DNA of 64,000 bases from Clostridia bacterium (GTDB lineage: Bacteria; Bacillota; DAOUPZ01): contig DAOUPZ010000011.1 of NCBI GenBank assembly GCA_030625885.1, positions 27,353-91,352 of the forward strand. Reading direction: 5' to 3'. This document shows, piece after piece, positions 1 to 10,245 of the stretch. The notes below the pieces were generated by a model, which worked only from the letters and a program-made list of their open reading frames with translations, ran no database searches and was not told the origin of the DNA. Within the stretch, counting starts at the first letter, position 1, and each line of letters begins with the position of its first letter. Both the position numbers and the translations under genes were made by a program.

Positions 1-62
1 GGTTACAGAACATCTCAGGCTTATTTCAAGTTATTAAGAAAGCCGAGGATTAGAATGCAGAA

Positions 63-105
63 TAAAAAATAGCCTGGTTCCATTTGGATCCAGGCTATTT
101 TTTAT
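63..105. terminator. Bidirectional intrinsic terminator
   Basis: aaaaaatagcctgg-N12-ccaggctatttttt hairpin with A and T tracts. Confidence 0.75.
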
Positions 106-226
106 TCCATCTCTGATACAAAGATTTTGTGTAAATCCTCCGTCAGTTTAATATCATACTTTCTAAACACTTGATTCAAAGCCTTTAAGGTGATATATAA
201 TTTCTCTTCGTAACAATTTTCACCTA

Positions 227-748
227 TTAATTGGTTTGTTTATTTAATATATTTACTTTTATTGTTCCTGTTTTGCTTAAAGCGATTCCTAATATAACAG
301 CTGTAATCGCGCCTAGACCACCCTGTACTAAGTTTCCGGGAATTTCAGATGCTGCGGGAGCCATTCCCACCATAAATATTTCCACCATGAAATATCCCAT
401 AGCCATCCATATGCCGCCGGTGATGGTGGCAAGCAATGGATATTTTTGGCCTAAACGTTTCTCTAGAATCCATCCTGCGATAAAACCTTCGAGTCCTTTA
501 ACAATCAAGGTGAAGGGAGCGAAGTATCCATAGCCTAGGATCACGTCGGCTAGAGCGGAACCTAATCCCCCTACGATGAAGCCGCCTTTTTTACCAAAAA
601 TCATAGCCGCTAAAAATACGACCATATCGCCTAAATTAAGATAACCTTTTGTTGCCGGGTTAGGAATACTGATCAGCATGGTCATAACAGTTGTAAGTGC
701 CATCATCAAGGCGTAGCGAACCATCAATTTTATTTTTTTGCTTTCCAT
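227..748 (-). CDS. ECF transporter S component, probably vitamin B6 (PdxU/HmpT-like)
   Basis: Small hydrophobic protein with GYLNLGD...GGLGSALAD...APFTLIVKGLEG motifs; divergent from a MocR/PdxR regulator. Confidence 0.8.
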   Translation of the reverse strand: MESKKIKLMVRYALMMALTTVMTMLISIPNPATKGYLNLGDMVVFLAAMIFGKKGGFIVGGLGSALADVILGYGYFAPFTLIVKGLEGFIAGWILEKRLGQKYPLLATITGGIWMAMGYFMVEIFMVGMAPAASEIPGNLVQGGLGAITAVILGIALSKTGTIKVNILNKQTN

Positions 749-886
749 TTAAGTCATCTCCTTATTGGTTATAAAAAGGGTTAGAAATTTGAACAACAAG
801 TCATACTAATGTATGTGGGTCATTGTTAAGGATTCATTTTTGCTTTCCCCCCTTTTAATATTTGATTAAATCTGATATAATTGAAC

Positions 887-968
887 CGATACAAAATATG
901 ATCGATACAATAAATTTTATTTGTTCTACTATTATAATAATATAAGACAGATTGTATTGTCAATACAA
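887..968. promoter_or_regulatory. Candidate MocR/PdxR operator (direct plus inverted repeats)
   Basis: CGATACAA at 887 and 903; palindrome TTGTATTG-T-CAATACAA at 952-968 in the divergent intergenic region. Confidence 0.45.
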
Positions 969-983
969 AGGAGAAAAAACTTT

Positions 984-2429
984 ATGACTAAAATTGAATC
1001 CATACAATTAGACAGAGATGACTCAACGTCTCTTTATATACAATTGTATAAAATTATACATCAATACATTATTGAAGGCGTGCTGCAACATGGGGATAAA
1101 TTGCCGCCCATACGTAAATTGGCTGAGCAGCTAGGGGTTAATAATGTGACGGTTGTCAATGCTTATCGTATGTTGGAAGAACATCATATTGTTCACAAAA
1201 TTGTCGGCAGCGGTACGTTTGTATCGATGCCTGCTGCCGGATTTACAGAAGATCATTATGAGTATTCAGAGAATGAGACAGCATATATTGACTTTGCCAG
1301 TGCGACATTATCACCGGGATTATTTCCAGTGGATGATTATAAGAAGATCATGAATGAGGTCATCGATCATGAAAGAGGTCATGCCTTTAGTTCAAATGAG
1401 AGCCAGGGGCTTCTGAAGTTAAGGCGGGAGATTGCTGTATTGTCACAGAATTATCACTTGAATACGAAGCCGCATCAGATTCAAGTCATTTCAGGGGCGC
1501 AGCAGGGAATTGATATCTTAGCAAAATCACTACTTAACCATGGAGATTATGTTATTGTGGAAAAACCAACTTATACAGGGGCTTTTCTCGTCTTTCAGGG
1601 AAAGGGTGCCAAAATAAGTGAAGTGCCTTTGACAGCAGATGGTATGAATATGGATGTGCTTGTGGAGCAAATTGAAAAATATCATCCTAAATTGGTCTAT
1701 GTTATGCCTGATTTTCAAAACCCGACCGGATATCAGTATGCTGAGGAAAAGAGAAGAAAATTACTCCAATTAGCAGAAGAAAATGATTTTTATATTATTG
1801 AAGATGATCAATTGAGTGAATTACAATTTTCGGGTGAGAAAGTACCTCTGCTCAAATCAATGGATACCGGGGAACGGGTTATTTATATTAAAAGCTTTTC
1901 TAAACTTTTAATGCCGGGGGTTCGTTTGGGATTTCTGGTCCTGCCCGAAAAAATATGTGACCGAGTGCTTAAGGCAAAACAGTTCACGGATATTGCTACT
2001 TCTGGTTTTGCACAGCGCGTTTTTGCGCAATATTTACAGCAAGGGCATTGGCAAAAGCAGATTGAGCGGGTTAGAATGCTTTGTAAAGATCGCTACAATA
2101 AGATGATTTATGCCTTAAAGACATATATGCCTGATGATGTGACTTATACAACGCCCATCGGCGGGCTTCATGTATGGGTTTGTTTGCCTGAAGGATATTC
2201 CGTTCAAGAATTATTTAATATGGCTTCTCAGCGTCAGCTTACCTTTATACCAGGACATGTTTTTTTCCCTACGGATCACATGGACCAGTTTTTTCGTTTG
2301 AGTTTTGCAGATGTATCTGAAAAAAATATTGATAAAGGTATAAAACTACTTGCAGATATGATTAAAAATGAGATGCAGCCGCGATCTGATGGTGTAGAAG
2401 CGCGTCATTCGTACATGTCTCTACTATGA
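984..2429 (+). CDS. MocR/GabR (PdxR-like) GntR regulator with PLP-dependent aminotransferase domain
   Basis: wHTH LPPIRKLAEQLGV...GSGTFV; PDFQNPTG; SFSKLLMPGVRLG; start moved to ATG 984 after AAGGAG. Confidence 0.9.
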   Translation: MTKIESIQLDRDDSTSLYIQLYKIIHQYIIEGVLQHGDKLPPIRKLAEQLGVNNVTVVNAYRMLEEHHIVHKIVGSGTFVSMPAAGFTEDHYEYSENETAYIDFASATLSPGLFPVDDYKKIMNEVIDHERGHAFSSNESQGLLKLRREIAVLSQNYHLNTKPHQIQVISGAQQGIDILAKSLLNHGDYVIVEKPTYTGAFLVFQGKGAKISEVPLTADGMNMDVLVEQIEKYHPKLVYVMPDFQNPTGYQYAEEKRRKLLQLAEENDFYIIEDDQLSELQFSGEKVPLLKSMDTGERVIYIKSFSKLLMPGVRLGFLVLPEKICDRVLKAKQFTDIATSGFAQRVFAQYLQQGHWQKQIERVRMLCKDRYNKMIYALKTYMPDDVTYTTPIGGLHVWVCLPEGYSVQELFNMASQRQLTFIPGHVFFPTDHMDQFFRLSFADVSEKNIDKGIKLLADMIKNEMQPRSDGVEARHSYMSLL

Positions 2430-2439
2430 TTCGCTTACT

Positions 2440-2465
2440 AAAAAACAGCTTAAGCTGTTTTTTTA
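2440..2465 (+). terminator. Intrinsic terminator
   Basis: aaaaaacagc-ttaa-gctgttttttt. Confidence 0.7.
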
Positions 2466-2563
2466 TTGCAGGAAAAGTTGTTAAAGAGAAGAATAATTTT
2501 ATATGTAGTTTTTAATAAAGCGGCAAAGATATCCCTAAAATATGCTAAAGGAAGTGAATTAAT

Positions 2564-3139
2564 ATGAAGTTTGGGGTTGTGGAAAGAAAAGCACCGGGTC
2601 AAAAAGTAAGCGGGGATAGTTATTTGATAGAAGAATTTGATGATCAGGTTTTTATTGGTGTGTTGGATGGACAGGGATTAGGGGAAGAAGCAAGAGCATC
2701 TGTGGAAAAAGCGAAAAAATATATTAAAGATAATGTGAGAAATTATGGGGTTGGTTTTGCAGACCTAGTACAAGGATGCCACCAATTACTTCGTCATGCT
2801 CGCGGCATCGATTTAGGTATGATATGGATCGATACGAAACAAAAGAGACTTTTTTATACAGGGATTGGCGGGACGGAAATAAGGATATTTGGGCCTCGTC
2901 GTGTCGATTTTCCCTCTCAATCAGGTGTTGTAGGACTTCAAATCAATGGGATTCAAATTCATGACTATAATTATTTTGCGGAAGATATTTTTGTATTATT
3001 TACTGATGGGATTTCATCTAAGTTTTCTTTCGTCGATTCACGTATTAATGTTTCGCTGCCGCCTCAGGCATTAGCTGAACAGATTGCTGAATTATTTGGT
3101 AAAGAAGATGATGATTATGTGATCGTAGTGGGGGTTTAA
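2564..3139 (+). CDS. SpoIIE/RsbX-like PP2C protein phosphatase
   Basis: SGD, LDGQGLG, FTDGI and DDD metal-binding motifs. Confidence 0.75.
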   Translation: MKFGVVERKAPGQKVSGDSYLIEEFDDQVFIGVLDGQGLGEEARASVEKAKKYIKDNVRNYGVGFADLVQGCHQLLRHARGIDLGMIWIDTKQKRLFYTGIGGTEIRIFGPRRVDFPSQSGVVGLQINGIQIHDYNYFAEDIFVLFTDGISSKFSFVDSRINVSLPPQALAEQIAELFGKEDDDYVIVVGV

Positions 3140-3155
3140 AAATAACCCCCACCCC

Positions 3156-3974
3156 CTATTCTTTTCTTTGATAAAAAAAGTGTCGTATGGAAGAAAAACC
3201 GATTTCGTGAGCTCGGAAAATTTGTTCTGTACTTCCGGTAAATAGAACCCCATCAGGTTTTAAAGATTGGTAAAAACGCTTGTAAAGTTCAAATTTAGTT
3301 TCTTCAGTAAAATAAATGACGACATTACGGCAAAGAATAAGATCAAAGCCTGTTTCAAAACGGTCTAAAAGTAAATTGTGATGCTTAAAGGTGATATGCT
3401 TTTTAAGATGGGGATCAATTTGACAGGTATCTGCATTGTTTTTGGTAAAGTGTTTTTGGAATATAGGCCGAGGTACATTTACAGTATTTTTTATAGGATA
3501 GATCCTTTTTTGAGATTTAGAAAGTACATTTTTGTCGATATCCGTTGCTAAAATGGTGTAATGGCACCTTGGAAAATATTCTTCCATGATCATGGCTATT
3601 GTGTAGGGTTCTTCTCCCGTAGAAGATCCAGCACACCAAAATTTCAACGTATTATTTTTCGTGTTTTCTAGAAGTAGAGGAATAATTTCCTTTTGTAAAA
3701 CATTGAATTGTTCGGGGTTACGAAAAAATTCAGAAACATTAATGGTAATATGGTTAATGAGTTTTTCATAAAGTATTGCATCCTTATCAACAATATTAAA
3801 GTATTCGCAAAAGGTATGTGCGCCTGCGCCTTGTACAAGCATGTTAATACGACGCATCATTTGTTTGCTTTTGTAGTTTGATAGATTAATACCCGATTTT
3901 TTATAGAGTTTTTCTTTGAATTTCTCATAATCTGGGTCAATCACATTATTTTCTCCTATAGGCATGCTAAACAC
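3156..3974 (-). CDS. cheR: Chemotaxis protein-glutamate methyltransferase
   Basis: TINVSEFFRN, AGSSTGEEPYT, ATDID, HNLL, CRNVVIYF motifs. Confidence 0.92.
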   Translation of the reverse strand: MFSMPIGENNVIDPDYEKFKEKLYKKSGINLSNYKSKQMMRRINMLVQGAGAHTFCEYFNIVDKDAILYEKLINHITINVSEFFRNPEQFNVLQKEIIPLLLENTKNNTLKFWCAGSSTGEEPYTIAMIMEEYFPRCHYTILATDIDKNVLSKSQKRIYPIKNTVNVPRPIFQKHFTKNNADTCQIDPHLKKHITFKHHNLLLDRFETGFDLILCRNVVIYFTEETKFELYKRFYQSLKPDGVLFTGSTEQIFRAHEIGFSSIRHFFYQRKE

Positions 3975-4102
3975 CGTCCTTATACGTAATCATTACTTAA
4001 TTCTCTGTTTTAGGTTATTTACCTTTAACTTTTAATCTTTAATATATCGTTTTTTATATAGTATCAGAATTTATAAATCTTAGTATGAAATTTTGTAATT
4101 TT

Positions 4103-4257
4103 TAGTTGGAAAGTTGGAAGTAAAAGATTAATGAATTTAATTACAGAATGTTTCACTATTCCTTATCTCTAGTCTTTAGTTTTTTAACTTTCAGCGAACG
4201 CAGTGAGCGATCTTTCCACTTTCTACTTTCCGCTGAAAAACGGCGCAGCCGTTTTTC
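4103..4257. repeat. Intergenic composite repeat family C (AAGTTGG arms, CAGCGAACGCAGTGAGCGATCTT core, AAAAACGGCG..GCCGTTTTT hairpin)
   Basis: Segments recur at 10421-10473, 21262-21432, 40235-40270, 50832-50855 and 60687-60830. Confidence 0.75.
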
Positions 4258-4289
4258 TAATATATACACTTCTAAAGGAGTTATAAGAC

Positions 4290-5780
4290 ATGGCACAATC
4301 ATTTTCTATACAAGGAAATATAATAAAATATATGCCTAACGTAGAAGAGATTATACATCTTTTTTTCCCTCAAGCAAACATTGTGGCAGATGGCTGCGCG
4401 GATTACCATCTGGAATTTAATTTGTTATTAGAGGATCCGGGGAATGTACGGGTAAAGCTTCACGAGCAAAGGTTTGGTAAGGCGTGGCACCATCTTGAAC
4501 AGCGACAGTTTCAAATAGATTTAGGAATGAAGGATGAAACGATGAGAATGTTAAAAGTTGCTGTTTTTCGGTTGTTACAAAACGTATTTCCTCATTTGGC
4601 CAGTCCATGGGGGATTCTAAGAGGTATCAGGCCGACAAAGTTAGTACATCAATTTTTAGATCGCGGGCTTAATGAACGCGAAATAATTGAGATGTTTCAA
4701 GTGGGTTATGGATTGCAAGAGGAGAAGGTACGGTTATTATTACAGATTGCGATACAACAGCGGCCGTTTTTGCTTTCGAGGGAGGAAATGTTACGTAAGA
4801 TAAGCATTTATATTGGGATTCCTTTTTGCCCGACACGATGTGTGTATTGTTCTTTTATTTCCTGTACTTTAAAGCAAGGGGAAAAATGGTTGGAAGATTA
4901 TATGAAGGCATTGCATCACGAAATTAATGAAATTGGCCAATGGATGCATAAGGAAGGCTTGATCGCTGATAATATATATATTGGCGGGGGAACACCCACC
5001 GTTTTATCTTTAGAGAAATTGGATTTGTTGCTAGATACGATTAAACGGGATATTCCTAAAGCCAGTCAGATAGAATATACCATGGAGGCGGGGCGTCCTG
5101 ATAGTATCACGCTGGAAAATCTGCGTATGATCAAGGCGGCAGGGATTAATCGCCTTTGTATTAATCCCCAGACTTTAAATGATAAAACGCTAGATATTAT
5201 TGGACGCAAGCATTCTGTGGCAGAGTTTATGCAAGCATTTAATTGGGCGCGGCAAGTCGGTTTTAGTAATATTAATTCGGATTTAATTATTGGGCTGCCG
5301 GGAGAAAAAGCAGCAGATGTACAAAGAAGTCTGGAATATTTATTGCCTTTAGGACCGGAAAATGTGACGGTGCATACGATGGCGATAAAACGGGGGTCGC
5401 GTCTGATGGAAGAATTAGAAGAGACCGTACTCCCTCAAGCAAAAGAAGTAGAAAAAATGCTTCGCATATCTCAAGAAATGCTTCTTAAAGCAGGTTATAA
5501 GCCTTATTATTTATACAGGCAGCAAAAGATACTAGCGCATTTGGAAAATACCGGGTATACGCTTTCGGGACATGTTTGTTCCTATAATATTCAGATGATA
5601 GAGGAAAGACAAAATATTCTTGGGTTGGGGGCGGGTGCTTCTTCGAAGTTTGTAAGCCCGGATTTGAAGATCATTAAGGCCGTACATCATCCCAAAGATC
5701 CTAAAACATATATAGACAAAGTTGAGGGCCTCATTCAGGAAAAAATAGTGAAGATGAGGACTATATTGACAAGGGTGTAA
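4290..5780 (+). CDS. hemZ: HemZ-type radical SAM protein (coproporphyrinogen dehydrogenase-like)
   Basis: PWGILRGIRPTK; CPTRCVYC CX3CX2C motif; YIGGGTPT; EAGRPDS; position upstream of hisS. Confidence 0.88.
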   Translation: MAQSFSIQGNIIKYMPNVEEIIHLFFPQANIVADGCADYHLEFNLLLEDPGNVRVKLHEQRFGKAWHHLEQRQFQIDLGMKDETMRMLKVAVFRLLQNVFPHLASPWGILRGIRPTKLVHQFLDRGLNEREIIEMFQVGYGLQEEKVRLLLQIAIQQRPFLLSREEMLRKISIYIGIPFCPTRCVYCSFISCTLKQGEKWLEDYMKALHHEINEIGQWMHKEGLIADNIYIGGGTPTVLSLEKLDLLLDTIKRDIPKASQIEYTMEAGRPDSITLENLRMIKAAGINRLCINPQTLNDKTLDIIGRKHSVAEFMQAFNWARQVGFSNINSDLIIGLPGEKAADVQRSLEYLLPLGPENVTVHTMAIKRGSRLMEELEETVLPQAKEVEKMLRISQEMLLKAGYKPYYLYRQQKILAHLENTGYTLSGHVCSYNIQMIEERQNILGLGAGASSKFVSPDLKIIKAVHHPKDPKTYIDKVEGLIQEKIVKMRTILTRV

Positions 5781-5835
5781 GGATGCTATAACATAGAAAA
5801 GAAATTGAAAATTTAAAATGTAAAATTAAAATTAT

Positions 5836-5953
5836 AGCAGGTAGCGAACAGCAGGTAGCAGGTAGGGAAAGATAAAATACGAGGAATGAGGAAAGATCGC
5901 AGCCTATGGCTGCTGAACGAGCAACGAAAAAGATAAGGAAACGAGCTACCTGC
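5836..5953. repeat. Heptamer-arm element B ((AGCAGGT)n ... CTACCTGC)
   Basis: Tandem AGCAGGT units and an inverted CTACCTGC arm around a GCAGCC-TAT-GGCTGC hairpin; recurs at 9688, 18399, 20223, 29261, 60765. Confidence 0.75.
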
Positions 5954-6056
5954 CTAGTTTACTTTTAATCTTAAAGTTTACATGATTAAATAGAATTATG
6001 ATAATGAAGGAAAATAAATTGTCAATTGTAAAAATATTACTGGAGGTGGAGCTGCC

Positions 6057-7310
6057 ATGTTAACCAATGGGCCTCGGGGGACAAATGATATTTTACCTCA
6101 AGAAGTGGGAAAGTGGCATATATTAGAAGGGAAAATTCGCGCCTGGTGTGAGCGATATCGTTTTGGTGAAATTCGCACGCCCATCTTTGAGCATACGGAA
6201 TTGTTTTTAAGAGGGGTTGGCGAAACAACGGATATTGTTGAAAAAGAAATGTATACATTTACAGATAGAGGTGACCGTAGTATTACGCTGCGGCCGGAGG
6301 GGACAGCCTCGACGGTTCGTGCTTTTTTGCAGCATAAATTAGCAGGACAGGCGCCGCTGCAAAAAATGTATTATATGGGTCCCATGTTCCGATATGATCG
6401 GCCTCAAGCAGGACGGTACCGCCAGTTTCATCAATTTGGTGTTGAAATGCTCGGGAGTAGTGAAGCGATAGCGGATGCGGAGACGATTGTGATCGCGCTT
6501 GATATATTGAAAGAATTGGGTCTTAATGATCTTGAGGTTCATATCAATAGTATCGGTTGCCCTCAGTGTCGTCAGGTTCACAAGGAAAAATTGATGGAAT
6601 TTTTAGGGGATCGGTTATCAGAATTATGTCCTGATTGCGTATCCCGGTTTGAACGTAATCCGCTGCGTATTTTAGATTGTAAAAACAAAAAATGCCAGGC
6701 GATTGTGTCAGATGCACCTGCAGTCATGACATGTTTGTGTGATGAATGTCGCACGCATTTTGAAAAGTTGCAATCTTACTTACAAAAGCTCAATGTTAAA
6801 TATGAAGTGGATACCAATCTGGTTCGTGGATTGGACTATTATACTAAAACGGTATTTGAAATTATGTATAGCGGTCTGGGTGCCCAAAGTACGGTTTGCG
6901 GCGGGGGGCGATATGATGGTTTAGTAGAGGAATGTGGCGGTCCGTCCACCCCGGCAGTAGGATTTGCTATGGGTTTGGAACGGGTATTATTGACTTTGGA
7001 AAAAATGGATATTCAATTAGCCGTTCCTCAGGGGATTGATCTCTTTATTGCTTCTATGGGTGAAGAAGCCCAGGTAGAAGCGTTTTCACTGCTGCACCAG
7101 TGTCGTGCGCATGGCTTGAAGGCAGAGATGGACTATCGAAAACGCAGTTTAAAGGCACAAATGAAGCAAGCGAATAAACTGGGTGCCGAAAAAGTCGTGA
7201 TTTTAGGAGAAGAAGAATTAAATAAGGGACAGGCTATTATTCGTTTAATGGAAACCGGTGAGCAGTTAGAAGTCGAATTGAGCCAATTAACTGAGAAATT
7301 AAAAGGATAG
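6057..7310 (+). CDS. hisS: Histidine--tRNA ligase
   Basis: PRGTNDILP, LRPEGTA, RPQAGRYRQFHQ, RGLDYY, GGRYD. Confidence 0.98.
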   Translation: MLTNGPRGTNDILPQEVGKWHILEGKIRAWCERYRFGEIRTPIFEHTELFLRGVGETTDIVEKEMYTFTDRGDRSITLRPEGTASTVRAFLQHKLAGQAPLQKMYYMGPMFRYDRPQAGRYRQFHQFGVEMLGSSEAIADAETIVIALDILKELGLNDLEVHINSIGCPQCRQVHKEKLMEFLGDRLSELCPDCVSRFERNPLRILDCKNKKCQAIVSDAPAVMTCLCDECRTHFEKLQSYLQKLNVKYEVDTNLVRGLDYYTKTVFEIMYSGLGAQSTVCGGGRYDGLVEECGGPSTPAVGFAMGLERVLLTLEKMDIQLAVPQGIDLFIASMGEEAQVEAFSLLHQCRAHGLKAEMDYRKRSLKAQMKQANKLGAEKVVILGEEELNKGQAIIRLMETGEQLEVELSQLTEKLKG

Positions 7311-7359
7311 CCAGCTAAAAGCAACTGCGAATATATATGTTTTTATTCTTTTGTCTTTT

Positions 7360-7392
7360 AATTATGAATTATAAATTATGAATTATTAATTG
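7360..7392. repeat. (AATTATG)n heptamer tandem repeat, family D
   Basis: Also at 10036-10068 (reverse), 10645-10672 and 52411-52443; AATTGAC variant at 20286-20324. Confidence 0.65.
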
Positions 7393-7417
7393 CCGCAGGC
7401 AACAAGGGGGAGCAAAA

Positions 7418-9208
7418 ATGGATCTAATGCAAGAATTGGAGCGTACGCATCATTGTGCGCAGTTAACTAAAGAAGATGTTGGCAAAGAAGTCATACTCAC
7501 GGGTTGGGTACAAAAAAGAAGAGATCATGGGGGACTTATTTTTGCTGATTTGCGAGATCGTTCGGGATTAGTTCAGGTTGTTTTTAGTCCGGAAGTGGAT
7601 CAAGCTGCTTTTGAAAAAGCAGAAAGTGTACGCAGTGAGTTCGTTTTAGGAATTGTTGGAAAAGTTGACTTAAGGCCCGAAGGTACGGTTAATCCTAATT
7701 TAGCGAGTGGAGAGATTGAAGTTTATGCTCATGAACTACGGATATTGAATAAATCTAAGACACCGCCTTTCTATATTACGGACGATGTTGATGTGGATGA
7801 GATGCTGCGTTTGAAATATCGGTATTTAGATTTACGCCGTCCTGTTATGCAGCAAAATATGATTTTGCGTCATCGCGTTACCAAGATTGTACGTGACTTT
7901 TTAGATGGAAGAGACTTTTTGGAAATCGAAACACCGATGCTTACAAAGAGTACACCGGAAGGCGCAAGAGATTATTTGGTACCGAGCCGAGTTAATGCCG
8001 GAAAGTTTTTTGCCTTGCCACAGTCACCACAGATTTTTAAACAGTTGCTGATGGTTGCAGGTATGGAACGGTACTTCCAAATTGTTCGTTGTTTCCGTGA
8101 TGAGGATTTACGTGCTGATCGTCAGCCTGAATTTACGCAAATTGACTTGGAAATGTCTTTTGTCAATCAAGATCAAATTCTTTCCATGATGGAAGAAATG
8201 ATGGCTAAGATATTTAAAGAAACCATTGGGGTGGAGGTTCCATTGCCACTGCCACGTTTGACTTATAAAGAAGCGATGGATCGCTTTGGTTCTGATCGGC
8301 CAGATTTGCGTTTTGGATTGGAACTTATTGATGTAGCTGATGTCATAGAAAATGTTGAATTTAAGGTCTTTAGTTCTGTTTTAAAATCAGGGGGTCAAGT
8401 CAAAGGGATTAATGCCAAAGGCTGTGGTGAAAAATTCAGTCGGCGTGAAATTGATGCCCTAACCAAATATGTGAATACGTATAGAGCAAAAGGGTTGGCC
8501 TGGATTGTGGTGGCGGAAGATGAAGTGAAATCACCTATTGCTAAATTCTTCAAACCTGAAGAAATGGAAGCCCTTAAAGAACGGATGGGTGCAGAGCCGG
8601 GCGATTTATTGTTATTTGTAGCGGATAAGCCTGCCGTTGTAGCAGATGCTTTAGGCCATCTGCGGTGCCATATTGCAGAAAAACTCGAATTAATTGATGA
8701 TCAAGTATTTAATTTTCTTTGGGTTATCGATTTCCCGATGTTTGAATATGATGAGGAAGCACAGCGTTATAACGCGATACATCATCCTTTTACAATGCCC
8801 AAGGAAGAAGATATTCATATGCTGGATTCAGAGCCGGGTCAGGTTCGCGCCAATGCGTATGATATGGTGTTAAATGGGGTAGAATTGGGTGGCGGTAGTC
8901 TTCGTATTTATCGTCGTGATATTCAGCAAAAAGTTTTTGAGACGTTAGGTTTATCACCGGAGGAAACAGAAGAGAAGTTTGGATTTATGTTAGAAGCATT
9001 TGAATATGGGGCGCCGCCGCATGGTGGATTAGCTTTTGGCTTAGATCGTGTGATTATGCTTTTGGCGGGCAAGGATTCTATTCGTGACGTCATTGCTTTT
9101 CCGAAAACCCAGAGTGCTTCTTGCATGATGACAGAAGCACCATCAGAAGTAGCCCCCGTGCAATTGAAAGATCTGCATATTAAATTAGACATTACAGAAG
9201 ATAAGTAA
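7418..9208 (+). CDS. aspS: Aspartate--tRNA ligase
   Basis: [43 protein letters not shown]. Confidence 0.98.
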   Translation: MDLMQELERTHHCAQLTKEDVGKEVILTGWVQKRRDHGGLIFADLRDRSGLVQVVFSPEVDQAAFEKAESVRSEFVLGIVGKVDLRPEGTVNPNLASGEIEVYAHELRILNKSKTPPFYITDDVDVDEMLRLKYRYLDLRRPVMQQNMILRHRVTKIVRDFLDGRDFLEIETPMLTKSTPEGARDYLVPSRVNAGKFFALPQSPQIFKQLLMVAGMERYFQIVRCFRDEDLRADRQPEFTQIDLEMSFVNQDQILSMMEEMMAKIFKETIGVEVPLPLPRLTYKEAMDRFGSDRPDLRFGLELIDVADVIENVEFKVFSSVLKSGGQVKGINAKGCGEKFSRREIDALTKYVNTYRAKGLAWIVVAEDEVKSPIAKFFKPEEMEALKERMGAEPGDLLLFVADKPAVVADALGHLRCHIAEKLELIDDQVFNFLWVIDFPMFEYDEEAQRYNAIHHPFTMPKEEDIHMLDSEPGQVRANAYDMVLNGVELGGGSLRIYRRDIQQKVFETLGLSPEETEEKFGFMLEAFEYGAPPHGGLAFGLDRVIMLLAGKDSIRDVIAFPKTQSASCMMTEAPSEVAPVQLKDLHIKLDITEDK

Positions 9209-9217
9209 AGAAATACA

Positions 9218-9245
9218 GAGAATCCTCGTACAGGGGATTCTTTTT
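9218..9245 (+). terminator. Intrinsic terminator after aspS
   Basis: gagaatcct-cgtaca-ggggattctttttc. Confidence 0.65.
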
Positions 9246-9261
9246 CTCTTTTCTCTGTTTT

Positions 9262-9576
9262 CTATAATGATCTCTTATTATTCTGTCTCTTTATGTGTTT
9301 GGTAATATTGGCCTGCTCAATTAAATCATGAAGGAAATTTGAACCGCGCGATATGATGACACCTGTTGCTATAAAATCAATAAGGGGATAAGTAATATTA
9401 AAGCCTAAAGTAGAAAGTAATCCTGCTTTGGTAGAAATGGCAAGCAGTATTCCAACTAGAATGGCGACCAGGCTTTTTCTGGAACGGGTAACGATTTTGG
9501 GGAAAGAACTTTTGAAAATATTGGTGATTTCTTCCGTCAGTAAAGTCAAGATTGCCAGCGATGAAAAACTAATCAT
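9262..9576 (-). CDS. Small membrane protein, holin-like hypothetical
   Basis: Three hydrophobic segments, TGVIISRGSNFLHDLI motif, basic C-terminus; RBS AGGAAGGTG. Confidence 0.55.
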   Translation of the reverse strand: MISFSSLAILTLLTEEITNIFKSSFPKIVTRSRKSLVAILVGILLAISTKAGLLSTLGFNITYPLIDFIATGVIISRGSNFLHDLIEQANITKHIKRQNNKRSL

Positions 9577-9687
9577 GCTATCACCTTCCTTTTAGTTATA
9601 GAAGTATAGGCCTAACTAGGATATAGATATGCTTTCAGTAAATTTCCTTTTTCAACATAATGATACCCAAGTGGTTTTAATCTTTTT

Positions 9688-9715
9688 CTACCTGCTACCT
9701 GCTGATTGCTACCTG
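9688..9715. repeat. Heptamer element B, reverse arm
   Basis: ctacctgctacctgctgattgctacctg. Confidence 0.65.
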
Positions 9716-9803
9716 ACGAAAGACAGCATCGCTGGCTTTCTTATTATCTTATTTCATAAATCCAAAAAAGGTGACAGCACGGTGTGAGAGTAAATTTTCC
9801 CAC

Positions 9804-9832
9804 TTGAAAACCATTACGGAATATGCTATGAT
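9804..9832 (+). promoter_or_regulatory. SigA promoter of 6S RNA
   Basis: TTGAAA-17-TATGAT with extended TG. Confidence 0.65.
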
Positions 9833-9851
9833 TTTTACAGAAAGAGGAATA

Positions 9852-10029
9852 AATCCCTACTTTGTTCGTGCAAAGTCGATATCGTTTTGAGCTAACACTT
9901 TTACATGGGAGCCTGGACTCTGTTTGTGTCGTATAAGCCCTTTATGAGGGGACATACATAGCTGGCAGGAGGGCGCCAATCTGCTCGTTGAGCAGTTCAA
10001 AACGCTCGACCTACGGCAATAGTGGGGCT
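9852..10029 (+). ncRNA. ssrS: 6S RNA
   Basis: About 180-nt self-complementary rod (ccctact...tagtgggg, gttttgagc/gttcaaaac, gtcga/tcgac) with GGGAGC...GAGGGCGCC motifs; downstream of aspS as in Bacillus bsrA synteny; followed by a T tract. Confidence 0.85.
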
Positions 10030-10072
10030 TTTTTTAATTCATAATTCACAATTATTAATTCATAATTAAAAG

Positions 10073-10213
10073 GGCTCAACACCAAACTCTGTTGTTGACA
10101 AGTCAGTTTTAATATAATCGAGCCTCATAGGGTTTTATTACGGCTATTTTATTGTCTATATGTACGATTTTAGATTCTGAATTCATGTCAACAACATGTT
10201 TTGCTGAAGAGCC
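10073..10213. mobile_element. MITE-like element (~141 bp) with TIRs and 8-bp target-site duplication
   Basis: GGCTC...TGTTGTTGACA / TGTCAACAACA...GAGCC inverted ends; ATTAAAAG on both flanks (10065-10072 and 10214-10221). Confidence 0.75.
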
Positions 10214-10245
10214 ATTAAAAGATTGAAGAAACTTTATATATGTAA

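Noticed and set aside
4148-4339. 63-aa ORF upstream of hemZ
   Set aside because: Translation of repeat family C; overlaps hemZ out of frame
5781-6056. Possible T-box leader for hisS-aspS
   Set aside because: No TGGNACC antiterminator or specifier stem seen; the region holds heptamer element B
9262-9576. Prophage remnant
   Set aside because: Only one holin-like ORF; no integrase, endolysin or structural genes
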